Counted from the first letter of the stretch, positions 1 through 9,056 are shown. The stretch is 64,000 nucleotides of DNA from an uncultured Actinomycetes bacterium (GCA_963789655.1 CAWBLH010000007.1:170536-234535); one strand, 5' to 3'. Translations and numbers: made by a program. Notes: generated from the letters alone by a model not told the origin.

Positions 1-2184
1 CAGGGAACCGAGGCATCGCTGAACCGGCTGATAGTGGTGCCGCCGCTCGGAGGAGGAGGAGGAGGAGGCGGCGGCGGCGCCGCGCAGGGGCTGGTCGTCG
101 CATTGACGTTCACCCGGGCGGAGCGGTTTCCGACGGCGTCGACAGCCTCGACGCCGAACCAGTACGACGTGTCGCACACGAGCCCGGTCTGATTCGACGA
201 CGTCGAGGTGGCGTAGGCCATCTTCGTCCCGTTCCTGTAGACGTCGTACCCCGCGACGCCGACGTTGTCGTTCGACGCGTTCCAGGTGAGGGTCAGGGTC
301 GTCCGGGTGATGTTCGAAGCGGCCAGGCCCGTGGGAGCCGATGGCGCGGCCGTGTCCGCGCAGGCCGTCGTGGCCACCATGACCGTCGCCTTGCCCGAGC
401 GGTTCCCCGCCGCGTCCCGAGCGTCGACGGCGAGGGTGTAGTTCGTGTTGCAGGTGAGACCCGAGAAGATTCCCGTGGTCGTCGCCGACGTGTCGACGAG
501 CGTGCCGCCACGGTAGAGACCGTAGCCAGTCACACCGACGTTGTCGGACGAAGGCGACCAGGTGAGGGCGATGCTGGTTGCCGCGCGCGACGATGCGACG
601 ACGTTCGTGGGAACCGTCGGCGCCTGTCCGTCTGCGCACGCTGCGGTCGACGCGGTGACGCGCGCGCGAGTCGACCGGTTGCCGGCCGCGTCCACGGCGT
701 CGACCTCGAAGGTGAAGGCGGTGCCACAGGTGAGTCCCGTGACGGTTGCGCCCGGCAGCGGTCGGGTTGAGAACGCCGGTCCCGTTCACGTACACGCGGT
801 ATCCCGTGACTCCGACGTTGTCTGTCGCGGGAGTCCAGGTCAGCGCGACACTCGTCCTGGTCACGCTTCCGATCGCGAGATTCGTAGGTGGCGCCGGTGG
901 CGTCGTGTCGGGCGAAGGTGGCGGGATCGACGGGCAGTTGGAAGTGGTCGGGTTGACGCGGGTTCGGGCGGAGCGGTTGCCAGCGAAGTCGACCGCCTCG
1001 ACACCGAACCAGTACGACGTGCCGCAGGCGAGGCCGCCCTGGGTCGACGACGTCGACGTGACGGACGACATCTTCGTGCCGTTCCGGTAGACGTCGTACC
1101 GTGCGACCCCGACGTTGTCGGTCGAGGGGCTCCACCCCAGGGAGACCGAAGTTCTGGTCACGCCGCCGAACGCGAGATTCGTCGGATGCGCGGGCGGTGT
1201 CGTGTCGGGGGAAGGCGGCGGAACGCAGGGGGAAGTCGTCGGGTTCACCCGTGTTCGGGCGGAACGATTGCCGGCGGCATCGACGGCCTCGACCCCGAAC
1301 CAGTACGACGTGCCGCAGGCGAGGCCGCCCTGGGTCGACGACGTCGACGTGACGGACGACATCTTCGTCCCGTTCCGGTAGACGTCGTACCCTGCGACGC
1401 CGACGTTGTCAGCGGAGGGGCTCCACGCCAGCGAGACGGTCGCTTCGGTCACCCCGCTGATGACGAGATTCGGAGGCTGTGTCGGTGGCGTTGCGTCGGG
1501 CGAAGGCGGCGAGGGCATCGGGAGGTCGGCACAACGCGCGGTCTGCACCCATGCCGATTCTCGCTCGGACCGGTTGCCCGCCGCATCGACGGCATCGACC
1601 TGATACTCGAACGTTCGTCCGCAGACGAGACCCGTCAGCGCCACGGTCGGCTCGGATGTCGACCGGATCGGGAGCTGGTCGCGATAGACGCCGTATCCGA
1701 CGACGCCTACATCGTCCGACGAGCTGTCCCACGCGAGCACGACGGCGTCCTCGGCAGTCGCCGCTTGACGGAAGTTGGTCGGTGGCGTCGGGGCCTGCAT
1801 GTCGACGCACGCGGCCGTCGAGACAGTTGCGGCCGTTGACGACGAGCGGTTCAAGGAATGGTCGTATGCCACGATCCAAACTCCGACACTCTCACCGCAG
1901 GCGAGATTGGTCGCCGTGTAAGTCGTACCCGACACGCGATCACGCTGGGCATCGACGTAGACGTAGTAGAAGGCGACGCCGACGTTGTCGGTGGACGCGT
2001 CCCAGGCCAGCGAGACGCTCGTCGGTGTGGCCGCGGTGACGCGAACGTTCGTCGGAGCCGAGGGCGCCTCGCGGTCTCTCTTGCCCGGGAGCTGAACACC
2101 GCCCGCGGACCCGGCGAGGGCAAGGGTGGCGAGCAGGGCGACCGAGACGAAGGCGACTGCCGTGTGCTTTCTGGCGGCTGGCAC
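1..2184 (-). pseudogene. secreted protein with seven tandem fibronectin type III modules and a poly-Pro linker. The 3' end lies beyond the window start, and there is one frameshift near 755-775
   Basis: Reverse-strand translation from GTG 2184 gives a signal-like KHTAVAFVSVALLATLALAGSAG, then 7 modules of ~90-97 aa. Each module has P(T/S)N...SL.W...DNVGV.GY.VY.NG...L.CG..Y.F.V.A.DAAGNRS...[14 protein letters not shown] is at ~40-90. The ORF is absent from the track because it has no stop in the window. The frame slips 1 nt between VYVNGTGVLNPTA and LPGATVTGLTCGT. Confidence 0.8.
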
Positions 2185-2339
2185 AGCCCCCGTGTCGTCG
2201 GCGGACCGTGTACGCGTCCTATACCCCCTATCGGGTGAGGTCCCCCGTCCGGCTAGGTCCTCTTGGCTCAACCATGCGCAGGAATTCCCCCCTGCCAGTG
2301 ACGTGGGTCGCGAAGGTCCTGGCCTCCCCGACCGAGGGG

Positions 2340-3033
2340 CTAGCCCGCCGGAATGGTCAGCTTTGCCTGCACGACGGCCCGCGCGGCCCGGACACCGGAG
2401 CGCACCGGCCAGACGATCCAGCGATAGTCCGCAGGCTCGAGGCTGTGTGTCCGCTCACCGAACGTCCACTGCGCCGGGATCGTGATTGCCGGCTGCGTCG
2501 TCTCCGCTTCGAACACCTTCGCCGATCCGCGGAAGAGCTCGACGTGGTACGCGGATGCATCGGCAACGGGCGCCCAGGCGAAGCGTTGGGGCTCGGGCCG
2601 GTGTTTGGCGCGGCTTTCGTTCTCCGCGAGGCTCGGATCCGCCACCGGGATTCGGCGGCTGCGGAACGACGGGGACGGCGGTCTCCTGCGGCACCGAGAC
2701 GTCGGCACCAGCGGGATTTCCGTTCAGATCGACGCGAACTCCCACGAGCAGCGCGACGACCAGGAGCCCGGCCACTGTCGTGCCTCCGAGGAGCACAGAT
2801 TTCGGCCGTCCTGCTCGAGACCTCCGTTGGGCGGGTCGGAGGATGCCGGAAGCGCGCCGTGCAGGCTCTTCGATGCTGAGTCGTCCGAGGGCCGCCATCC
2901 GCGAGCTCTGGATGAGCGCATCCACCCGTGCGAGAGTGTCTTGCGGTTCAGGGAGCTGGGGCCGAACGACGTCACCGAGCGTGGGGTCGACGAGGACGAG
3001 CTCCGGGCTCAGCTCGTGACTCATGTGGTTCAC
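2340..3033 (-). pseudogene. single-pass membrane protein with an N-terminal LSPELxLVDPxLG motif and an Ig/FN3-like ectodomain; frameshift near 2640-2665
   Basis: ORF 2455-3033 carries the N-terminus MSHELSPELVLVDPTLG and the TM helix VLLGGTTVAGLLVVALLVGV. ORF 2340-2708 carries the C-terminus RFAWAPVADASAYHVELFRG...YRWIVWPV. They read as two frames of one gene. It is a paralogue of 19301-19658. Confidence 0.55.
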
Positions 3034-3097
3034 ATCGGCAGCCGGCGGCGCAGGCTCAAACGAGATGAGCGCTTAGCGAGCGTTTACGCTGCCCTCC

Positions 3098-4330
3098 ATG
3101 CGTCGGGTCGTTGTCACCGGGCTCGGAGCCGTCACCCCGCTCGGCCTCGACGCGCGCTCGACCTGGGAGGCTGCAGTCGCGGGGGAGAGCGGGGTGGACT
3201 GGATCTCCTCGTTCGATGCGACCGGGTATCCGGTCCGCATCGCCTCGGAGGTGAAGGGCTTCGACCCGGTGAGCGTGGTCGGGCCGAAGGAAGGACGGCG
3301 TCTCGAGCGTAACGTCGTCCTCGCTGTCGCAGCTGCCCGCGAGGCGTGGGCCGACTCGGCCGTCGAGGGCATCGATCCTGCGCGAGCGGGGATTCTCGTC
3401 GGCTCGGCGATCGGCGGCGTCATGGGCGTCCTTGCGCAGAACGACGTGCTCGAGGAGCGGGGATACACACGTGTCTCCCCTTGGTTTCTCCCGAACGTCC
3501 TCGTCGACTCTGCAAGTGGCCAGATCGCGATCGACCTCGGCCTTCGCGGGCCGAACTACGCACCTGTCTCGGCCTGTGCAACAGGCTCACACGCGGTCGG
3601 CGAGGGGGCCGAGCTGATCCGGCGAGGTGATGCCGACGTGGTCCTCGCAGGAGGCACCGAATCCTGCATGCATCCCGTGATCCTGGCCGGGTTCACGGCC
3701 ATGCGGGGCCTCGTCGCCGAGGAGGAGGATCCCACTCGGGCCTCGAGGCCCTTCGATGCGACGCGGGCCGGATTCGTCATGGGCGAGGGGGCGTGTGTGC
3801 TCCTGCTCGAGGACTTGGAGCATGCCGAGGCGCGAGGAGCGCGGATGTACGCCGAGGTGCTCGGCTACGGAACCTCGAACGACGCACATCACATGGCGCA
3901 GCCTGATCCGGCCTCCGTCGGAGTCGCAGAGATGATGCGGGCGGCACTCTCGCGCTCGGGTGTCGACCCCGGGCGAGTGGGGTACGTCAACGCCCACGGA
4001 ACGTCGACGCCGCAAGGCGATCTGGCCGAGACCAACGCGATCAAGGAGGTCTTCGGCGATCACGCATACGAGCTTGCCGTCTCCTCGACGAAGTCCGTGC
4101 TCGGCCATCTCTTCGGCGCCGCCGGAGCGGTCGAGGCGATGATGTGCGTGCGCGCCCTGCACGAGGGAGTGCTCCCGCCGACGATCAACTATCGGAACCC
4201 CGATCCCGAGTGCGACCTCGACTACGTGCCGAACGAGGCCCGCCGCGCGGACGTCGACGTGGCCCTCTCGAACGCCATGGGCCTCGGCGGGCACAACGCC
4301 TGCGTTCTCGTCGGGCGTGTCCCCGCCTGA
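3098..4330 (+). CDS. fabF: beta-ketoacyl-ACP synthase II
   Basis: 410-aa ORF with KAS II hallmarks: active-site SACATGSHA, the His motifs AHHMAQP and NAHGTSTP, and GHLFGAAG. Confidence 0.93.
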   Translation: MRRVVVTGLGAVTPLGLDARSTWEAAVAGESGVDWISSFDATGYPVRIASEVKGFDPVSVVGPKEGRRLERNVVLAVAAAREAWADSAVEGIDPARAGILVGSAIGGVMGVLAQNDVLEERGYTRVSPWFLPNVLVDSASGQIAIDLGLRGPNYAPVSACATGSHAVGEGAELIRRGDADVVLAGGTESCMHPVILAGFTAMRGLVAEEEDPTRASRPFDATRAGFVMGEGACVLLLEDLEHAEARGARMYAEVLGYGTSNDAHHMAQPDPASVGVAEMMRAALSRSGVDPGRVGYVNAHGTSTPQGDLAETNAIKEVFGDHAYELAVSSTKSVLGHLFGAAGAVEAMMCVRALHEGVLPPTINYRNPDPECDLDYVPNEARRADVDVALSNAMGLGGHNACVLVGRVPA

Positions 4331-4363
4331 GGTTGAACTGCCCCAACGAGTCCCGGTCGACTT

Positions 4364-5031
4364 CTACGAGGGCTCGCGCCCCCGGACGAGCTGCGGGGTC
4401 AGCTCGGCAACCGACTCGACGACTGCATCGGCCTGGGCAAGCGCCTCGGCTTCCGGCGGATAGCGGCGATTGGGAATCGCGATCACCCGCATCCCCGCGG
4501 CACGTGCAGCTCGGATCCCGTTTGCCGAGTCCTCGACCGCCGCGCAGCACACGGGCGGAGCGCCGAGTCGTCGCGCGGCCTCGAGGAACACGTCCGGCGC
4601 GGGCTTCCCGCGCTCGACCTCCTCCGATGAGACGGTTGCCTCGAACATCGAGTCAAGACCTGCAGACGTCAGCACGGTCTCGATCAGTGGTCGGTTGGAC
4701 GAAGATGCGAGGCCGAGCCGGAAGGCGCCGGCAAGCAGGCTTACGGCCTCGACCGCACCGTCGATCAGAGGCAGGTGTGCCGAGTAGCGGGATTGCATCC
4801 GGCGCACCACCTCGTCATTGATCTCCGCCGGCGACTCGCGGAGCCCGATCGTGTCGTGCATGTACCGCGACCACTCGACAGAGCTCATCCCCATCATGTC
4901 GGCCTGCGCCTGCTCGTGCCAGCGTCCACCGCGTTCCAGCGCTAGCTGCTCGCGAACCTCGTCCCACACGTGCTCCGAGTCGACGATGACGCCGTCCAGG
5001 TCGAAGACGACGGCCTCGACCGCAGTCACGC
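4364..5031 (-). CDS. HAD-superfamily hydrolase (beta-phosphoglucomutase-like subfamily)
   Basis: This is the C-terminal 222 codons of ORF 4364-5509. It has motif I FDLDGVIVDS, and KPAPDVF plus EDSANGIRAARAAGM. Its own GTG at 5029-5031 forms a GTGA overlap with an out-of-frame TGA. Confidence 0.75.
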
Positions 5032-5509
5032 GCTCATGTATTGGCCCTGAGACCCGAACGAGCCCCGGAGCGTCGGCGCCCAGCTCGACCCGTCGAACCT
5101 CACAGACGAAGAAGGTGTGCGTCCCGACCGCGAGCTCTTCCCGGAGCGCACACTCCAACCAGCCGATCGCACCGACGAGTAGGGGTGCGCCGTGCGCTCC
5201 TTCCTCGGTCGCGATCCGATGCCACATGGCGATCGGTGGCACGCCTCGCGCGAAGTGCTGCGCGAGCCACTCCTGGCCCGCCGCGAGGATCGAGAGAGCG
5301 CAGCCGCCGGCCTCGCGCAGAAGCTCATGCATCGCGGCCTCTCGGGATACGGCGAGCCCGACCAACGGTGGATCCAGTGACAGCGACACGAGCGACCCCA
5401 CGGTCAGGCCGAGCTTCTGCGCGCCCGCTGCCACTGTGAGCACGGAGACACCGGCGGGGTAGCGGCTCAGGAGCCCGCGAACGTCCCCAGCCTCGACCGC
5501 GGCAGCCAT
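5028..5509 (-). CDS. flavin reductase-like FMN-binding domain protein. As sequenced it is fused in frame to the HAD gene, probably through a 3'-terminal frameshift
   Basis: The N-terminal 160 aa of ORF 4364-5509 include PAGVSVLTV...LTVGSLVSLSLDPPLV...GTHTFFVCEV. The alternative frame ends ...LRGSFGSQGQYMSA-TGA at 5028-5030. Confidence 0.55.
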
Positions 5510-5564
5510 GCGCTCACCCTATCGGCGCAGGTACCGGCGTCAGACCCGAGAATTGGCGATCGTC

Positions 5565-6209
5565 ATGAGCTCTCAGGCGGTGCCATACCCTCTCGCCAAG
5601 AAGGTCACGGACAGGGGAATCTCCGCGCTCTTGCTCGTGGTGCTGGCGCCGGCGTTCGGCGTCGCATCGCTCGCGATCGCGCTCGACCGTTTGTTCTCAC
5701 CTCGGGACCGCGGGCCATGGCTCTATCGCGAGCGCCGAATCTCGCGGGGCACCGAGTTCGACCTCCTGAAGTTCCGAACGCTTCGACGCGCTGCGCTCGA
5801 CCGCCAGCGTGACGGAGAAGCGCATGCCCGACTCCTCGAAAGTGACGCCGAGAACCTGACCTGGGCGGGGCGTCGCGTCCTCAAGCCTTGGTACCTCGAC
5901 GAGCTCCCGCAGCTGTTCAACATCGTGCGCGGCGACATGAGCCTTGTCGGCCCGCGCCCGTGGCCGCCGTCGATGGTACGAGGCCAGGTCGCGGCGGGCC
6001 TCGACTATCGCCAGCACGCGATGGCAGGCTGGACCGGGACCAGTCCAGGTGCAGAAAGGCGTCGTCGAGCCCGCCGGCTACGCGAGCTCGACCTCGCCTA
6101 CGTCGAGGCTTGTCGCCGTTCTAGCGGTCTCCGCCTCGCTCGCTCCGACCTCGGGATCCTTTGGCGTACTCTTCGAGTGCTGGCCCGGGGCGAAGGGTTG
6201 AAGTACTGA
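5565..6209 (+). CDS. bacterial sugar transferase (polyprenyl-phosphate glycosyl-1-phosphate transferase, WbaP/EpsL-like)
   Basis: TM helix ISALLLVVLAPAFGVASLAIAL, the motif YLDELPQLFNIVRGDMSLVGPRP, and a C-terminal DLGILWRTLRVLARGEG. Codons ~6036-6085 appear to be out of frame (see findings). Confidence 0.8.
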   Translation: MSSQAVPYPLAKKVTDRGISALLLVVLAPAFGVASLAIALDRLFSPRDRGPWLYRERRISRGTEFDLLKFRTLRRAALDRQRDGEAHARLLESDAENLTWAGRRVLKPWYLDELPQLFNIVRGDMSLVGPRPWPPSMVRGQVAAGLDYRQHAMAGWTGTSPGAERRRRARRLRELDLAYVEACRRSSGLRLARSDLGILWRTLRVLARGEGLKY

Positions 6210-6250
6210 GAGGTCGCGTGGAGGCACGCCTCGAGGCGTGCCGGAACGCT

Positions 6251-6427
6251 TCAGATCTCGAGGTTGGGCAGGATGCGCTTGAGACGGCGCTGCGCCCGCC
6301 GCGCACTCCAGCTGCGCGCGTATCCCCTGGACACGCCGAGCGCCGCACCGTGTTCGGAGAGCAGGCGCACGTACCACCGACCGTCGTCGCCCACGTATCG
6401 CTCGGCGATGACCACTGGACGCTTCAT
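6251..6427 (-). CDS. small YegP/DUF1508-like protein (58 aa)
   Basis: My translation is MKRPVVIAERYVGDDGRWYVRLLSEHGAALGVSRGYARSWSARRAQRRLKRILPNLEI. It fits the DUF1508 pattern D..G.W.[FWV].L....G..L..S..Y.S...A. It falls below the 60-aa cut-off of the ORF track. Confidence 0.45.
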   Translation of the reverse strand: MKRPVVIAERYVGDDGRWYVRLLSEHGAALGVSRGYARSWSARRAQRRLKRILPNLEI

Positions 6428-6686
6428 CAGCAGCTTTCGCCCCCTCGTAAGTGAGGCTGAGCGCGACCGGCGGGATCGGTTCGGCGTAGATGTTCAGCTC
6501 GACGTTGAGGCCCTGCATGATCTCCTCCCGTTCACTCCCCGTGAGCTCCCAGATGGAGCGAACATGGCCTGGCTCAACGCGTTGACCCGGCATCGGAGCG
6601 ATGTCGGCGTTCGGGCTCCTGTACAGGAAGTTCGAGTTATCCGTCCTGATCGGTCGCACTCAATCGATCTCTTCTGGTGGTGTCAT
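6427..6686 (-). pseudogene. hypothetical protein (no family recognised), with an in-frame TGA at 6660-6662 and a probable frameshift in the C5 run at 6440-6444
   Basis: AAGGAG (6691-6696, reverse strand) lies 4 nt before ATG 6686. The reading is MTPPEEID-TGA-VRPIRTDNSNFLYRSPNADIAPMPGQRVEPGHVRSIWELTGSEREEIMQGLNVELNIYAEPIPPVALSLTYEG. Adding one G to the GGGGG run gives ...EGGESC-TGA, which overlaps the next ATG as TGATG. Confidence 0.35.
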
Positions 6687-6738
6687 TTCGCTCCTTCATG
6701 CCAGCTCCGGAGTGTGTTTCCCTCGCTGACCCGTCCTC

Positions 6739-6770
6739 AACCGCCGGATCTCAGGGCGAATCCGGCGGTT
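6739..6770. other. 11-bp perfect hairpin (AACCGCCGGAT-N10-ATCCGGCGGTT) in a divergent, lower-GC intergenic region
   Basis: Read directly from the sequence. It lies between the reverse gene starting at 6686 and the forward gene starting at 6894, so it is not at any gene's 3' end. Confidence 0.4.
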
Positions 6771-6893
6771 CTCGCCGAGTCGAGTGCCTGTGCGGCTTCG
6801 AGGCCCTCTGGGCGCCCGGATGGTCGTCACGTGCGTCGTCCGGCCGACGTCTCAAGCTGGAGCGTGTTCTGGCCGATAACGAGACGGTAGAGG

Positions 6894-7175
6894 ATGAACG
6901 GCAGCCGATCCAGGAGCTACATCGCTGTTGTCGAGGACGCAGGCGGTCTGACCTACGAGTACGTCGTCCGTGCGGCATCTCGCGACGCCGCGGAACAGCA
7001 AGTCCGTGAAACGGAAGGGCGCTGGGGGGCGACCCCGGTCGACATCAGACCGAAGATCGATCGCTGGACGGGGACGCTGAGGCGTCGGTGGATCGTCGCG
7101 GGACTGACCATCGCCGTCGTCGCGATCATCATCGTCATGGGCGTCGGAGTCCCTCTGACGAACTCCCTCCTGTAA
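6894..7175 (+). CDS. hypothetical small protein with a C-terminal TM helix
   Basis: 93-aa ORF with high GC3. It has SYIAVVEDAGGLTYEYVVRAASRDAAEQQV and then the TM helix WIVAGLTIAVVAIIIVMGVGV. I recognise no family. Confidence 0.4.
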   Translation: MNGSRSRSYIAVVEDAGGLTYEYVVRAASRDAAEQQVRETEGRWGATPVDIRPKIDRWTGTLRRRWIVAGLTIAVVAIIIVMGVGVPLTNSLL

Positions 7176-7215
7176 CGCCTGCTCGGTCCTGCGGTAGCTA
7201 AGGCTTGCCGCTGAA

Positions 7216-7302
7216 CGGTGGGGGTGGGATTCGAACCCACGAGGCGCTTGCACGCCCATCGGTTTTCAAGACCGACCCGTTCGACCGCTCCGGCACCCCA
7301 CC
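7216..7302 (-). tRNA. tRNA-Ser (anticodon UGA)
   Basis: The reverse strand reads GGTGGGGTGCCGGAGCGGTCGAACGGGTCGGTCTTGAAAACCGATGGGCGTGCAAGCGCCTCGTGGGTTCGAATCCCACCCCCACCG. It has a 7-bp acceptor stem, a CT-TGA-AA anticodon loop, a long variable arm and a GTTCGAATC T-loop. Confidence 0.93.
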
Positions 7303-7329
7303 GGAGCACATTGTGACCAAGGGCGGCGG

Positions 7330-8532
7330 CTAGGAGGGCTTGACTTCGGGCGGCGCGCCGTAGCTTCGGAGCACGTCCGGCACGGCGCCCTGGAAGTTCT
7401 CGAGCACGGCGAGCGCCATGCGGTCGACGACCGCTGTCCCGTTCAGCGTGTGCACGGGCTCCGGCCCGTGCTCGCCGCGGAAGCGCGTTCCCAGGCGGCG
7501 GGCCTGGAAGTCGGTCGTGTTGGAGATCGACGCGGTCTCGCGGTAGCGGTCCTGCGACGGGAACCAGATCTCCACGTCGTACGTCTTCGCGGACGCTTTC
7601 GACATGTCCCCGGTCGGGAGGACGACGACGCGGTAGGGGACGCCGAGCTCCGCCACGATCTCCTCGGTGTTCGTGAGCAGCCGCTCGTGCTCGTCCCAGG
7701 AGTCCTCTGGGCGCGTGAACGCGAACTGCTCGACCTTGTTGAACTGGTGGACGCGGAACATTCCGCGCGTGTCCTTGCCCGCGGCGCCAGCTTCGCTCCG
7801 GAAGCAAGGCGAGAAGCCCACGTAGCGCAACGGAAGGGCATCCGCCTCGAGGAGCTCGCCCAGGTGCAGTCCCCCGACCGGGATCTCCGCGGTCCCGGCG
7901 AGATACAGATCCTCGCCGGCGACCTGGTAGACGTTCGGATCGTCGGACGGGAGCCACCCCGTGCCGACGAGCGCCTCCTCACGCACCAGCACCGGAGGGA
8001 GCACGGGCACGAACCCCTTCGCGACGAGCCGGTCGAGGGCCAGGCGGTAGAGGGCGAGCGCGAGCAACGCCGCGTCGCCGATCCAGTAGCCGAAACGTGA
8101 CCCGGCGATGCGCGCGGCCCGCTCCATGTCGAAGCGCCCGATCTCGGTGTGCTCCTTCGCGTTCTCGATCGCCGGAGCCTCCCCGACTCGCCGAACCTCG
8201 ACGACGTCGTCCTCCGTCAGGCCCTCTGGCACCGACTCGTGGGGTGGGTTCGGCACGAGCAGCCCGAGCCGGTCGCGCTCGGCCTCCGCCGTCGCGAGCT
8301 CGTCCTCCAGCCGTTTCAGGTCTTCCTTGACCGCCTTCACCTGCTCGAGCTCCTCGGGAGTCGGCTTGCCCTTCAGGTTCGTCCTGCTACGGAGCTCGTC
8401 GACCTTGGGGATGAGCGCGCGCCAGCGCTCGTCAGCCGCCAACAGCGCGTCGAACGCGTCCGCGGCGCCTTTACGCGCCAGCGCGGTGCGCCAGCGCTCG
8501 GCATCAGAGCGAGCCGCCCTGAGATCGATCAT
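7330..8532 (-). CDS. serS: seryl-tRNA synthetase
   Basis: 400-aa ORF with an N-terminal coiled-coil arm and a class II core (FRSEAG, GMFRVHQFNKVE, LNGTAVV.R). Confidence 0.93.
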   Translation of the reverse strand: MIDLRAARSDAERWRTALARKGAADAFDALLAADERWRALIPKVDELRSRTNLKGKPTPEELEQVKAVKEDLKRLEDELATAEAERDRLGLLVPNPPHESVPEGLTEDDVVEVRRVGEAPAIENAKEHTEIGRFDMERAARIAGSRFGYWIGDAALLALALYRLALDRLVAKGFVPVLPPVLVREEALVGTGWLPSDDPNVYQVAGEDLYLAGTAEIPVGGLHLGELLEADALPLRYVGFSPCFRSEAGAAGKDTRGMFRVHQFNKVEQFAFTRPEDSWDEHERLLTNTEEIVAELGVPYRVVVLPTGDMSKASAKTYDVEIWFPSQDRYRETASISNTTDFQARRLGTRFRGEHGPEPVHTLNGTAVVDRMALAVLENFQGAVPDVLRSYGAPPEVKPS

Positions 8533-8563
8533 GAAGGAAGTCTAGAAGCGGAACGGCGGAAGC

Positions 8564-9031
8564 TCAGCCGCCGGAGACGTACGCTGCCACGTCGGCGATC
8601 TGCTGCTCGTCGAGCTGGCCGGAGAAGGGCGGCATCGCGCCCTGGCCGTTCGTCACGCGGTCGACGGCGAGCTCGAAGCTCGGCGCCGCATCGTCGAGGT
8701 TGGGGCCGATCGCGCCGGTCGAACCGGCATCCGCGAACGTGTGACAGGACCCACAGCCACCGGCGCCTAGGAAGACCTCCTTGCCGGCGACCGGATCGCC
8801 TTCCCCGGTCGCTCCGGTGTCCGTCGTCGTCTCTTCGTCGGTCGTCTCTTCGTCGGTCGTGGTCTCTTCGTCGGTCGTGGTCTCTTCGGTGGTCGTCTCG
8901 GTGTCGGTCGTCAGGGTGCCCGTGATCGTGTCCGGCGTCGGTGTCGCCTCCTCCTCGCCGCCGCAGCCCGCGGCGAGACCGCCGGCGAGCAGGACGACGA
9001 GCGTGGCGAGGGCGAGGGCTGTCCTGCGCAT
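8564..9031 (-). CDS. lipoprotein c-type cytochrome with a Thr/Glu-rich linker
   Basis: Lipobox LAAGC, the linker TETTTEETTTDEETTTDEETTDEETTTD, the heme motif CGSCH, and a distal GAMPPF (Met ligand). Confidence 0.8.
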   Translation of the reverse strand: MRRTALALATLVVLLAGGLAAGCGGEEEATPTPDTITGTLTTDTETTTEETTTDEETTTDEETTDEETTTDTGATGEGDPVAGKEVFLGAGGCGSCHTFADAGSTGAIGPNLDDAAPSFELAVDRVTNGQGAMPPFSGQLDEQQIADVAAYVSGG

Positions 9032-9056
9032 TCGGCGCGATCCTAACGAAACCCGT

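Noticed and set aside
541-1839. 432-aa forward ORF (plus 746-1090, 1115-1381 and others) with internally repeated peptides
   Set aside because: It is the antisense shadow of the reverse-strand FN3 array. The translation is Arg/Gly-rich with no domain signature, while the opposite strand gives clean FN3 modules.
6660-6662. In-frame TGA as a selenocysteine codon
   Set aside because: I saw no SECIS-like hairpin immediately downstream and no sel genes in the window. The local context (an 8-codon ORF followed by TGAGTG) and the high error rate of this sequence explain it more simply.
7216-7302. tRNA-Ser and tRNA-Ala (19194-19266) as integration sites of a prophage or genomic island
   Set aside because: I found no integrase, excisionase or phage genes, and no direct repeat of the tRNA 3' end. 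Only the small low-GC islet is reported, separately and at low confidence.
8533-8563. Possible leader or T-box upstream of serS, and riboswitch candidates upstream of nadB, fabF and the binding-protein genes
   Set aside because: These intergenic regions are 30-100 nt and lack the conserved cores I know (T-box, TPP, SAM, cobalamin, glycine). I can support nothing here.
8815-8895. 18-21-nt DNA periodicity inside the cytochrome c gene
   Set aside because: It simply encodes the Thr/Glu-rich low-complexity linker (TTTDEE)n. It is not an independent repeat element.
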